A stretch of 64,000 nt of DNA, taken from Vicugna vicugna. Lineage: Eukaryota. Shown here piece after piece: positions 15,011 to 28,046 of the stretch. Numbering within the stretch: the stretch's first letter is position 1; the number at the start of each line of letters is the position of its first letter. The notes under the pieces were generated by a model that saw nothing but the letters and a program-made list of their open reading frames with translations, made no database searches and had not been told where the DNA came from. The stretch spans positions 2,937,491 to 3,001,490 of the forward strand of contig MU058418.1 of assembly GCA_013265495.1 (NCBI GenBank). The letters are read 5' to 3'. The translations under genes and the position numbers were made by a program.

Positions 15011-16524
15011 TTATTTTTCTACACATTTTCAGATTCAAAATTATAACTACAAAAACAAGGAAAATGCACTAGTCTCTCAGTGATATGTAAGCACTCTCAC
15101 TATGCATGCATTGCTTTCTATTCCTGATATTTCAATTACAGAAATGTGAAATACCAAAAGAAATCCATGTCACAATGAAAACACTAGACACAGCCAAAAC
15201 ATAAAATTCAAAATTGAAACAGAACAAGATACTAAACACAGCACTAATTTTGAAAAGTAAACAAGCATAAATATAAACTCAAGCATATTGCAAGATAATT
15301 CTACTGTCTTAATTATCTGGAGTCTATGAAAGCATTCTGTTATAAACATTAACTTAAAAATAAATGACAGATGTAAACTTCTATATTTGTTTAAAGTAAT
15401 CTCATAGTACAAGAACCGCTTAATACGATAGGGGAGTTATAGAGGAATGTTGACCACTAAGCCACCCTAGTTCTCACCTAGGATTGAGGACATTCAAAAG
15501 CCCCAAGACCTCAGTCAAAAGCCTTGGAAAGACTTCAAAACTCTAGCCACCAACACCTCATTCTCAAGAACTCTAGTAAAACCCAGTGAATTTTCCAATT
15601 AATAGAGGTAGACTTAGGAATTCTGGGAAACCCCAATAGTTCCCAGGGTGCATAAACCAAGAGAAGACAGCAGCTCAATAATGGTGACACAGCCCATAAA
15701 AATAGTGATAGTATCAGAAGAGTGGTGAGTGCAACATAGTATCCTCAGGGTACTGACACCAGAACCAGCCACACCAAGGCCCCAGCTGAATGTCACAAAT
15801 GTGGTTCACATCACTGGTTATTCTGACAAGAGGAGTCTAATCCATATCCTCTGAGTTTTGCCTTTTGATTATATTATAGCCTCAACAAGGTAACACAGTG
15901 TCATGGTGGCTTTGTCAAGTGGGAGTACCTGAGTAGCGCCACATCTGTCCTATTAACTTATTTCTCTCTTTCCCCATTCTGTGCTTGCTAGCAGATAACA
16001 CAGTTTTAGAGGTTACTCATAACATGTATTTTAAAACATCATTTTATGTACATTTTGAAGATTTTCACAATGATCTATGTTTTGGGCAAATAATTGAGTT
16101 ATGGTTACTTTTTCCCACAGTCTGAAAATTATAACCATCTTTTTCTTCCAATATATGGCATTTAGGAAATAATTAAGTAGTATTTTGATAAACAGAAAAC
16201 ATACCAGAATTGTCAACATGATAGACTGTTATGTAATTTTTAAAATGACAGTTATGAAAGTCATTAGAAACCTAGAAAATGTTTACCATATATTGGTGAG
16301 AAAATACAAATTATACCGTGTAAAAATAATATATACACCTAGACATAATGTTGAAAGTGATAAAAAATGAAAACCAGCTGTGTTAAGAAGTAGAAAGTTA
16401 TGTTAACTAACTTTAGTGCTAATATTATATTGTCTTTTAAATTACAATTAGAGGTAAAAAGAAAAAAACCAAAATAATTTGATGCGCTGAAAACTGTCAC
16501 CTATTAAAATAACCTTTAGTATTT

Positions 16525-16800
16525 TCAAAAAAAGAGGACACTAATGAACTTATTTACAAAACAGAAACAGACTCACAGACATAGAAAACAAACTTACGGT
16601 TACTAGGGGAAAAGGGGTGGGAAGAGATAAATTGGAAGTTTGAGATTTGCAAATATTAACTAATGTATATAAAATAGATAAAAACCAAATTTCTTCTGTA
16701 TAGCACACAGAACTATATTCAATACATTGTAGTAACCTATCATGAAAATGAATATATAACAGATACATTATAGCTGACTATACTTCAATTTTTAAAAATT
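16525..16800 (+). mobile_element. Young L1 3' UTR fragment (same family as 4411-4756)
   Basis: aatgaacttatttacaaaacagaaacagactcacagacatagaaaacaaactt is near-identical to the 4411 copy. Confidence 0.85.
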
Positions 16801-19099
16801 AAGTAAATAGTAAGTGGTATCTTTGGCATATTTTAAAGAGAAAAGTCAAAAATACGGAAAGCTTTAAGTGATCCTTTTTCCCCTTTTCTCCATCCTATTT
16901 CCTCCAAACATAAAACTAGACTTTTCTCAGACCACCCAGAGCCACTAAGAAGTACAAGCAGCACGTGATTTAAGTGATTAAAGCCAAATATTCCCCCCTA
17001 CCTTAAATGTATGTGTGGGTACATGTGTGAGAGAATTTGTGCCTAAGATGCTTAACACAATGCTTACAACAAAAATTTCATGCAATTAATAATTAACTAT
17101 CAGGTACCTATTACTAAATACTTAATTGAATAAATTCTTAAAATTATATGAGCTTGCTGACAAAAGTATCATATGAAATTGTAATTTTCTTTTAAAAAGA
17201 AATATTTCAATCCCCAGATTCCCTAAATGAAGTGCTCCAGAAGCTCATGTAATTGCATAGTTTTATTTTTAATACTGTAAAGAATATTACACAATCTGGA
17301 TAGGTTATTGTTGCTATGGAAACTATAAGATTTTTGCAGTAAGTCAAAAAGTACAAAATTAACACATCACATTAATGACTCTGAATTTCACATGCAGGCT
17401 GTCAAAGGAATTTGAAAGCTTAAGCAGAATAGACTGAAGTATAGGCCTCTTATTCTGAATTATATGGATAAGATCTAGGAACAAGCCCCGTAATTATTTC
17501 ACTTGATAAGTTCAAATATAACTTCCATCTGCTAAATTAATAAAATACTCAAAGATCTGCAAACTTAAGACTTATCTGCAGCTTTTGCATTGAGAATGAA
17601 AGTGCATATATCATTACCATTTCTCTTGCATATTAACTGTCAGATGATAAGTGACAAAGTGGCACCTCTGAGGTTCACCATATGAAGAGGTGGCAGAATC
17701 CCTGAGGGCATACGGACTCACTTTCACCACTGTACTCTGTCAATGCCAATCTTTGGTCAGATGCCAATACCTTAGTTATGAAAACTAAAGTTCGTCCTTT
17801 CCCACAATACCCACAAATATTTCAGTGACTAGCACATGGGGCAAAGAAGCTTCATTGCTCTCAGCCCCCGTGAATGCCCCTCTCCTGGAGTTCCTCCAAA
17901 TAGTAGTGACAGTTCATACCCCACAGCTTATATGTGTCACACACACATAATATTAAGAATCATAAAGGTATCATTTGTTCTTTCACATGACAAGGCTGAA
18001 AAGCAGGTGAACCTGGCCTCCATCGCATTGATAGCCTGGCTTTTAGAGGCAGCTCAGTTTTTTCTTAAAACTATTTTTTTCTAAATTACTTTTAATTCTA
18101 AATAAAAGTAGTTTATAATTTACTATAATAAAGACAGATAAAGCAATTCCAAAGCCTTCAGGGAAACTGCTTTCTAAATTTTAGCATATATTAGATCCTA
18201 CAGTTAGAGCAACTGCACATTGAAAACAATCAAAGGAGTTTTCTAAATAAATGTAGGTGAATTAAAAATAAATTTATAGTATAAACATGCATTTATTTAA
18301 TATAGAATGTTTTAAATTTAAAGGCATGTCTCCTATACATCTGTAATAAGTATCAAAACCATGCCAGCTTCCCTCTCAGCATTCATTTAAAAAAAACAAT
18401 TGTTCAGTGGGAACATTATGTAACAACAAAATAGAAAAATTAATTTGGCAGAGACTATGATGCTATTACTTTTTCTATCTGAGACACTATGTTCTGGAAA
18501 ACTCTTGATGCAAGCAATTCTATAGATAGTAGAAAAATAAGAAGCACATATTTGTGCAAATTGTAGAAATCATAGCCTTAAAATGAAAGCTTTACCCTAG
18601 GCAGAAAACTATGCTCAATGGTGGAATTTAAATGTAATTCAGAGAAGAATTTCTCAAACCTGAAGAAGCAGGTTCAGTAGTAATATCTCTTGAATGAACT
18701 ATTAGAAACTGGTTTAATGAAAACAGTAGTCTTATACCTTTCAATAATGTCCAAACTTGGTAACCAGATTCCATCAATTTGAGCAAAGTGAAGCAACATT
18801 AAGCAGCCTATATACACAAGTGTAGTTAAGATCTGGCCAAAACCCCATTTGTTATAATTAGACAGGCCGAAGGCTTTTTGGCTCCTATAAATATTACTAC
18901 CAGGTGTCCATATAAGCCCTGGGCCATCTTTGGTCCCAAGAACCTATGACAGACAAAAAATTTAGAAGAGTCTTTTGAGAAAAAATGAAGGAATGAAGCT
19001 CAAGGAAGGCTGAGGGGAAATTTTTAGCCTTCAAATTAATAGGGTTAAAATTGTTTTTTGTTTCTAAGGAAATCATAAGAGCCTTATTATTTTATTTTA

Positions 19100-20370
19100 C
19101 ATTAAACAACAAACAACCACAGAGTCAATATTATGTCCCAACACCGTGCCAAACTCTGAGGATGAACCAAATTAGAGACTAGCCGCCCTAGATATCATGG
19201 AGTTCACGATCCACCTGCAAAGAGATTCTGGGTGAGTGGGAAATAAAAACAGATTAACTCTGATACAATTCCCTCTGCACCCAAGAGGTATGCCCAACGG
19301 TCACAGAAAGAATGAGACTAATATTTCTTTTCAGAGCTTTAAGGAGATAACTACATAATGATGCCTTTAATTTAGGAAGTCCCCAGGCAGAGAAGGGACG
19401 AGAGGGTCAGAGAATTCCAGGCAGAAGTTGGGTATGAGAGAAATAACAGAGGTATATCCAGGAAACCACTGGTATTCAGTATGGCTGGAAGCTGAAGGCA
19501 TGATGACAAGGGGCAAGAGATGAGGTTAGAAAAGTAAAGGGAAGGGACCACGTGAGTTCTGCAAAGAAATTTGTACTAGATATGTAAACAGTGTGGAACA
19601 AAAGGTTTTGAGAACAGAGAAGATACATAACAGATCTTTGCTCAGAAAGATAAATGTAGTAACTACAAACTGGTGGCAGAGCAAATATCTGGTAGGCTGC
19701 ACAAATGTCCAAATAAGAGAGGATGAGGACTAAATTAAAATGGGCAGAGGAGAACAAATATGGACTCAAAAGACATTCCTGAGTCAGAACTGATAGAATT
19801 CAGTAATTTGATTCTATAGGTGAAGGAAAGGAAGACTCTGAAGATAGGTGAAGCTTCTGCTTTGTCGAATTGTGCCAATAATAATGATTAAACAGAAAAA
19901 CGATGACATGAATAAATGGAGATCAGGAAATACAAGATTTTATCCTAAAGGCAATGAAAGTTATGTGTAAAGATTCATCTTATTAGGAAGGACTGAGATT
20001 AGAGGTGTGAAAAACAATCTGGAGGTTACTGCACTGTAAGTGTGAGAGGTAAGACCCTGGATTAGTCTAACAGAATGTTAGCTCCAAAAGGGGCTTACAA
20101 CAGTTCTGTTACAGCCTCCTCAGGAAGATGAGGAAGCTAGACCAGTAGCCAGAAGCAGAGCTGGGAAGAAATCTTCCAATATTCTCCATTACAGAATGGT
20201 AACAGTAAGATTGGAGAAAAGAAGGAATAATTGCGACAGTCACTTTAAATGAGGAATTGGCAGGACCAAACGCATAAATCATGAAAATTAAGAAGGCTGA
20301 ATCAAGGATAAGTCTGGAGTTCTGAGCTTGGTTGATGGGGAGGATAATACCATTGAGAAAAAGACCCAGG
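19100..20370 (-). mobile_element. Degraded L2 fragments
   Basis: Purine-rich L2-antisense-like text (aattccaggcagaag, agatgaggttaga, ttttatcctaaaggcaatg). Confidence 0.5.
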
Positions 20371-20479
20371 TCTGATCTCAGAAGGTTCTAAAGCTCATAA
20401 ATGATTCTTTCAGACAGAAAGAAACTCCAACCAAAAATGAAAATATCTAGGAAGTCAAAACTAAGATGCCCTAAAGATG

Positions 20480-20596
20480 TTACTAGACATTGTGGTGATC
20501 ATTTCACAATATACACAAATATCAAATCACTGTGTTTTACACCTGAAACTAATATAATGTTATATGTTGATTATACTTCAATTTAAAAAAAAAAAA
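20480..20596 (+). mobile_element. Short L1 3' terminus with poly(A)
   Basis: tgtggtgatcatttcacaatatacacaaatatcaaatcac...acacctgaaactaatataatgttatatg...A-tail. Flanked by aaagatgttact / aaagatgtttact. Confidence 0.8.
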
Positions 20597-22199
20597 GATG
20601 TTTACTGAGGGCCTGCCACAGGAGTTTCAGATTTAAAGGACCTGAGCCTACAGACATGATGCTGGATTGAAGGAAGCAGCACATAGATAACTTTTTTGGT
20701 GCCCAGGAAAGAAGCTGAGGCAACAAGGGAAGAAGGGAAGAAAAGAAGACAGAACAATTTCTGAATACTTCTCTCTCACAAACAACTCTATGAATTCATC
20801 CTTTAAATTTTCTTTTCTAAACTTTCAGAGTAGAATTCAAATTAATGAAATCATCAGAAATATAGTTTTCAAAGATGGTACAGAATGACTAGCTACAGTT
20901 TATTACTAGATGTTACCAATAAGATATCACTGAAACACTGTGAAACACTATGACACTTGAGTCTTACCAACAATTGTTTTCTTTAAGAACACTGCTATAA
21001 ATCAATGTTATGTCTCTTTCCATTAATAATTGACAATTTGGCTTAGCTGACTAAGAGGCTTCCATATCACACAGAAAAATAAGAATAAAACAATATGGAA
21101 TAAAAATTTGGAAAAACAAAAACAAAAAATATTATTTAGTTTTACATTGGTAATTCTGAATTATTTAATATCATGAACTCAATATTTGCCCAATCTAGTA
21201 GTAATGATTCCTTATTTGGGAACTCTTTCCTTTATTATATAATACCACAGTATTTTTTAATTTATCCTAAAATTTTCAAAAAAATGAATAAAGTGCAAAA
21301 AAACAAAAAGTGACAGTGATACTCTGTGTAACTCTCACATAGTTTAACAATTATCAACACTTGGCAAGTCTTATTTCCACTACCTCCCCTTTCTTTGATT
21401 ATTTTGCAACAAAACCCAGACATCGTATCATTTCATTTTCCATAACAGTTCAATACCATAGCATTTTTAATTACCAGGATTTTTTTTGGTTTAAATGATA
21501 ATAGTCCTTTAAAACTAATTCTGAAATACTAGAAATTTTGTAATACAGATACTATTATTATTTTATATTCTTCTTATTAGGGAATAATGTCAAATAACAC
21601 TAGTGCCTTCTTTATGCTTTTATCTATCAAATATTTCATCTTCTCATTCTCTAAACATCACCAAAGTACAGTAATAGTTCCCCTTATTCAAGTTCAGGAT
21701 TCCCTTGCAACATGGAAATCTGACAGTTTACGTGTTTGCTTTTATTCTTTAGAAAGACTGCGTTTATTTAATCTCTTTTCTCAAAAATTGATTTATTAAT
21801 TAATATATCTTTCTCTAAAAAGTAATCTTCATTTTATACTATTTCTTTTATTCAGAATCCTAATGCAGATAAAAAGATAAACATTTACTATTTTAAAAGC
21901 TCTAAAATAATAAAATTTCAAAAACTCCTATTATGGCAAATTCTTATAGCTCAGAAGTCATTTTAATTAAAACAAACATATCTGCAGTCATGCTTTAAGA
22001 CTTCAGGTGTCAAAAGTGTTAAGCTTAAAACATAAATAATTAAGGACTGTATTAGGGAGAAAGTAATCATTAGCAAATATTTAGTGTAAACCAATTTTTT
22101 AATATAAAATATCATCTTCATGAATTTACAATCTCAAGCCAGACTTACTTGCTACAGGGGTAGTATAACAAGTAATTCCAGATCTTCCTTTCAGAGATA

Positions 22200-23300
22200 T
22201 TTCAGTAAGCATGTGCTGTGTGCCAGGACTCGTGCTTGAGGAACAGTAGGAAGAACAAAATCCTTTCCTCTGTGAACTTTTACACTGAGAGACACACAAG
22301 CAAGGGATACAATCTGATAAGGACCCCAACAGATGATGTGCAAAGTACATCAGATAAAGAATGCTAAGTAGTGTGCAGGGAGTAGAGAGAGAGGGCTATC
22401 AGGTAAATAATTTTCAAAGAGAACATTCTGAGTGGACCTTGAGGGACAAACAGGATTTCATTAAGCAAAGAAGAGGGGTCACAGTCTTATGGACCCAGAA
22501 ATGTATGAACACATGTTGAAGATTAAAGTCCATGCTATATTCAAGAAATTAGCAGAAGACAAGTATAGCTATAACAAAAGAGATGGAGTAATACATGAAA
22601 AGAGCAAAGAAGATGAAATTAGCATAGTCTTGTATGGTATGCTAAAAAGCTGGCATTCCTGTAGAATAGGAAGCCACAGGAAGCCATCAGAGGTTTTCAA
22701 GCAAGAGAAACTTCTCATCACACACGTATTCTCAATGAGCAGATAGTAGGAAGGATGCGTCAGAGAGTTTAAAGCCACAGGTAGGGAGACCACTGTAAAA
22801 GTTCTGGGAAGGGTTGATGATGACCAAAATTTGCGTAAATATGGTAAGAATGGAGGGAATGCATTCAAGAGGTCATCCAGATACAGACTTACCTATTGTG
22901 GCCAAATATATATAGAAACACTGTAGGCATTAAAGAAGTATTCGATGAATAAATGTGAATGAACATATCTGTATGTGTAAATAAGGGAGAACTAAGCTGC
23001 CAGCCAGAGAAACAGCTGAAGATGACTGAGGTTTCTAGTCTAAAGTGTTGTCTCCTTGAAAGCAAAGCTATTTATACTATACCTTCGACACTCCCCCACC
23101 AAAGAAGAATAATACTGACAATGAGCCAATTGGAAAGTAGAGAATAAATTCATTTTGGACACGTTGATTTTGAAGTGATTACTGGATAGCCAGAAGAAGA
23201 TAAAAGGAAATAATATGGAATTTAGAGAAGAAAACATCACTATACAGGCAACTGTTGAAACCATAGAGGTAAATGGGATTACAAAGAGCAGAGAAGAGCT
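22200..23300 (-). mobile_element. Degraded L2 fragments
   Basis: tgtgccaggact...gaagccatcagaggttttcaagca...ttcattttggacacgttgattttgaagtg. Confidence 0.5.
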
Positions 23301-23539
23301 AAAGATAGTGGCCTATGCTCTTTCACATCATGGTACCTACCTAATGTTAATATTTATACTGTATCCAGAGTAAACTGACAGCACTCATAGGCAAAAGTGA
23401 AAGGGACTCATAAGTGTCCGCTGCCCCAAAATCCACCAGTAGCCAAAGAACTGAAAGGATTACTAATGGAATCCATGACCCATGCACAATAGCCATGCCA
23501 TAGGGGTTGGGAAGCTTTTCTCTAATAAACAGCATCATT

Positions 23540-24382
23540 CAACAGGCTGCAGGAGAAACTTTTAAAGGTCCTTGATAATAGGCAAATCTAAATCAGAAGT
23601 CAATGGAAACAGCAGGTTACAACAGTCCAACATCAGATGATGGCTATGTGAGGATTCCAGCCCATACTGCCCTCTGACACAAAAACAAAAGGCTGTCCTG
23701 CCCCTTGAGGCCCCTAGATTAGGAATTCAGAGATTTTTACTCCATGATAGGCAGGGTCAATGCCCCTACTCAGCCCAGAAGTAGTTTCAGAAGATGGACC
23801 GTTGCCCCTCTGCAACCCCGTAAGATTATGGGAGTAAAATCTCTGAGGGGGGAATGAGACAGGAGGGAACGGGGCAGGGCACAGCCATTCAAGGAATGAC
23901 ACAGCAATTAGCACTAAGATGGTATAAGATTCAACTCCCAATAGGCCTTGAAGTTCAAGATGGCAGGAGATTTGACTTCTAGTAGATCTTGAGCTTCATT
24001 ATACACTCACTGTAATATATCAGCATGATAAATAACATGCCCACAGGAGCCATGACAGTCCCAAGGCTAAACATAAAAGGTCAAAGAGTGGGCAGTGGCC
24101 AAATTCCTGGGAATCCCAGCCCCTTCCACAGAGTAGTTGGAATGGTCCTCCCACTTGTTAGCATATGAAGCCACCAGGCCCATAAAAACTGGCAACACCA
24201 TGCCTTGTGGCTGCCTCTCTCACTCCCTCATCTTCAGAGACCGGCACTCTGTCTATGCAGTGTGTAACTACTTTTACTTTAACCTGAGCACCCAACCCCC
24301 ACACCTCATGGCCTTTCTCCTGCCTTCTGAAACAGCCTGCACTCTATGTAGTACATATCTCTCTAAATAAACCTACTTTTAC
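23540..24382 (+). mobile_element. ERV1-like 3' internal remnant, PPT and U3-R of LTR, followed by A-rich tail
   Basis: Polypurine tract gaggggggaa (23845-23854) abuts LTR start TG (23855). TATA-like cataaaa at about 24181, AATAAA at 24366-24371, A-rich tail from 24383. The 5' boundary is uncertain. Confidence 0.75.
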
Positions 24383-24429
24383 AAAAAATATAAGAAGATA
24401 GAAAGAATGAAAGAATGAAAGAAAGAAAA

Positions 24430-24960
24430 TTGGTCTGGCTCCTTAAAAAAAAACAAAAACAAAAACAAAAAAACTCATAAAAAAGGTAGGGTGCTCTACT
24501 CAAGACATGTAACAACAAAATATTATGCATGAAAACCTTGGGTAAATTGTGGTTCATATAAAAACAGCTATAAAAGTTTATTTAGTAGGACACCTGAGAA
24601 ATTTTGAATATAGACTAGCTATTATATAATATAATTTTACCATGGTTAATTTTATTTTAAATTTTTATTTTATTAATTGTCTTAAATGTAGAATAATAGT
24701 ATTATGGCTATGCAGGAGAATATCCCTATTCTTAGGAGATGCAGGTTCAAGTATTTTAGGGTGGCATGTCATGACAGTGACAACTTAATTTCAATTGGTT
24801 CCAGGACAACAAAAAACATATTTATATATGCAGAGTGAGAAAGCAAACATAGAAAAATGGTAACAATAGTCAAATCTAGCTGGAGGCTATGTGGGTATTC
24901 ATTGTCCTAGAGTTTGAACTTATGTGCTTTTACAAAACTTTTCTTAATAAAAAATTTGAG
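24430..24960 (+). mobile_element. L1ME-type 3' UTR fragment
   Basis: aaattttgaatatagact...tatggctatgcaggagaatatccctattcttaggagatgc...gggtattcattgt...aataaaaa. Confidence 0.65.
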
Positions 24961-25895
24961 AAAAGTAACTAATAAACAGCAGTTAGAGAATTAAAAGAAA
25001 AATAGTGAGAAAGTTGTATACAGAGACAAAAAAAACAGCATTAAAAGGTGGATGGGAAAAAGAATCAAATGCAGAAGCAAAGTCAAACAGGAGAGAATGG
25101 AAAAGAGCTTATATCTGACAGTTGTTCTGCAAGATCATCATTAGTAGAGCACTTTGTTCAAACTTCTTTCAAGAACTGCACCATATTCTATTCTGTTATT
25201 ACAATTACTTATAATTGACTCATGGGTTTTTTTTCCCCACTCCTAAATGAGGAAGAAGACTATCTTACCCATTTCTGTACATTCTTTAAGAGCTAACAAA
25301 GTATCTTGTAAATAGTAGAAACTAAACATTTGTTGCATTGAAATAAACTTGTCTATAAGTCTTGATCAACTTAAAAAATACTTCCAGCATAACAGAAAAT
25401 CTGGAAAACCTTCTTTAAAAATATATATATTCTAAAGATAAAAACAAAATCTTCTGGTGAATAAAATTTAAATGACAGTAATAGTCAAACACCAATATTT
25501 TTATTATAAAAGTAATCATATCTAAAAATTCACTAAAAACCAACTATCTCCTTCTTGGAGAGGAGAAAAATATAAATATTCTGTCATCCTCAAATTTAGC
25601 ACTGTCAGGTCAGACAGAACTAGATCAATCTGCTTCTTTAGTTAGGTATACTTTCAGCTTACAGTCTTCATGAAATCATCTCAAATCGTAAGTATCAATG
25701 AAAAACAAATACTCAAAAGAGAAACTGACAAGTCAAGATCTCAAAATCAACACTTAAAATTTAAATATATACAATATATTTCACGATACTACTGAAAGTT
25801 CAGCTAATTCTAGATCATTGCCGAATCTTCTTTTGATAAAATTTAAGTTTTTGCATGTTTTTCCTGGTTGATCTTAACTTCATGGTAATAGAGAA

Positions 25896-26880
25896 TGTGA
25901 CACTGTGACATAAGAAACATATGTTATGGTCTTCCTCCAGGATTCCTGGCTCACAGCTCCTAAAACCCTGTAATTCCTAAGTAATTAGAGCATAGGAGCT
26001 TCTTTTATTGTAATATTGGTTTTTAGTCCTGAAATAGCTCCAGAAGGATAAAAGTGAAAGAAGCTCTTTTGTTATTCGTAACAAGCTCATTTCAACCAAA
26101 CCTGAATTTATGTTAATGAAGTGATTTTTGGAAAATCTCTAGGTACCCAATGGATGGGGACTGGCTGCCAGGGGAACAAACTAGGTGATCAGAACTTTCA
26201 GCCCCCCACCACTGCCACTTCTACCCCCAAAATGGGGTCAGGGGATCGAATTATTCACCAATGGTCAATGATTTAACCAGTCATGCCTATATAATGAAGT
26301 CTCCATAAAAATCCCTAAAGTACAGAGTTCAGAAACTTTTCTGGGTTAATGAATAAGAACACAACCACTTGCTGGGAGGGTGACATAACCCAAAACTCCA
26401 TGGGGACAGAGGCTTCTGTGCTTGGGACCCTTCTGGGTATAGACCTAGCTCTATGTATTTTTCATCTAGCTGTTGTGTCCTTTAATAGATCCTTTGTAAT
26501 AAGCCAGTAATCTATTAAGAAAGCAGTTTTCCTGAGTTCTATGAGCCAATTTTTAGTAAACGACTGAATCTGAGAAGAGGATCACCTCCAATTTGTAACC
26601 AAGTCAAACAAAGGTTGTGGGCAACTTGAAGACTCACCAATCACAACTGGCATCTGAAGTTGGGGGCAGTCTTGTGGGACTGAGCCCTTAACCTGTCGGG
26701 TCTGCATCAACTCTAAGCAGTTAGTTTCAAAACTGAGTTAAATTGTAGGATACCGGCTGGTGTCAGAGAATTGGTCAGTTTGGGGAAAAAACTGCACATT
26801 TCTGGTGTCAGAAGCATTCTGGGAAGGATTGGGTATAAGTAGAGTTGTGAATAGAGAGATAAACAGAGTTTTTTCCTTTG
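25896..26880 (+). mobile_element. MER21-like solo LTR
   Basis: Starts tgtgacactgtg...ggtcttc...ttcctggctcacagctcctaaaaccc. Internal ggcatctgaagttgggggcagtcttgtgggactgagcccttaacctgt and tggtgtcagaag match the recalled MER21 consensus. Confidence 0.8.
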
Positions 26881-27369
26881 AGAGAGTCTATTTCCTAATA
26901 TAGTAAGTATCCTTGCTGTAATCCAAACCACTTGAACCATTATAATCCACAATATCTGAAATACAAAGGACTCTTTAAAGGACATTACTTGAAACTTTAA
27001 TCAATATGACCATATCATAAAATAAAAAGTCAGCCATTAGCCATCAAGGATTAATTTTCTTTTAGAAGTTTCCATATATGTTGACCTAAATTAGTTTGTA
27101 TAAAAAGTCAGGTAAACCTAATGTTGTCAAATGATCCGTTTCATAGGAATGTCAACCTAAGATCAAATTTTAGTCACTAAAAGCTGAAAAGCAAGGAGAT
27201 AGGAAAATAAAGCTGCTGCCCATCCAAGAACAAAGATAAATCCCAATAATGGGCCAATCAACTCATAATTTATGAGGAAAAAAATAGCTTTTTCCTTATA
27301 TAATTAAATCATCTTTAAAACATAAAAATTAATGCTATCTAGTACCACAATATATTTATAATAAGAATT

Positions 27370-27620
27370 AAAATAACAGCTACATTTATATAGTACTCAG
27401 TACCAGGCAGGCATCATTCTAAGAGTCTCAACTATATTAACTCTCTTAATCCTCACAACGTGCTAGGAAGCAAACACTATCACCAGCCCCGTGGTACAGA
27501 AGAGGGCATTGAAAGCAGAGAGGTTAGATCACTCTAGATCACACAACTAATTAAGGGACAGATCCAAGATTCACCTAGATCTAGGAAGTCTAGCTCCAGA
27601 GTCTCTGCTTTTAGTCACTA
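27370..27620 (-). mobile_element. MIR SINE
   Basis: acatttatatagtact...ttaatcctcacaac...cagagaggtta...tctagctccagagtctctgctttta. Confidence 0.75.
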
Positions 27621-27904
27621 CATTTTCATTTCTTCTTATCAGCCTTCCGGAAAAAGGGAATAGCAGATGTCAAGGCTCAGAAGCAAAAGAAAACGATGCA
27701 TCTAAAGTTTAGTAAAGCAGGTTTAGGATAGGGGAAAGCAAGTTAAAATGAGGAGACAGGGCCAGTTCAAGCAGAAGAGGTAAGCCATGTTAAGGAAATT
27801 GGACTTCACCCCAAGGGGGAAAAAAGGATTTTAAGCAATCTGTGTTCTTGTGAATAGTTTGGAAGTGAAGAGGACACAAGATGACTAACATTAAGAGGAC
27901 TTTG

Positions 27905-28046
27905 AGGGGGAGGGTATAGCTCAGTGGTAGAATGTATGCCTAGTATGAACGAGGTCCTGGGTTCAATCCCAGTACCTCCATTTAAATAAACAAACAAATA
28001 TACACACAAACAAACCTAATTACCTCCCCCAACAAAAAACAAAACA
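27905..28046 (+). mobile_element. Vic-1-like tRNA-derived SINE inserted in L2-like sequence
   Basis: ggggagggtatagctcagtggtagaatg...gtcctgggttcaatcccagtacctcc...aaacctaattacctcccc plus A-tail. Near-TSD aagaggactttg (27893) / aagaggcctctg (28047). Confidence 0.9.

Noticed and set aside
15425..16010. Moderately GC-richer block upstream of exon 2
   Set aside because: It may be an ancient LTR, but I could not assign termini or a family and found no convincing exon boundaries.
27910..27980. tRNA-like sequence with A and B boxes
   Set aside because: It is a SINE head with tail and TSD, and has no intact cloverleaf. The same applies to the other three copies.
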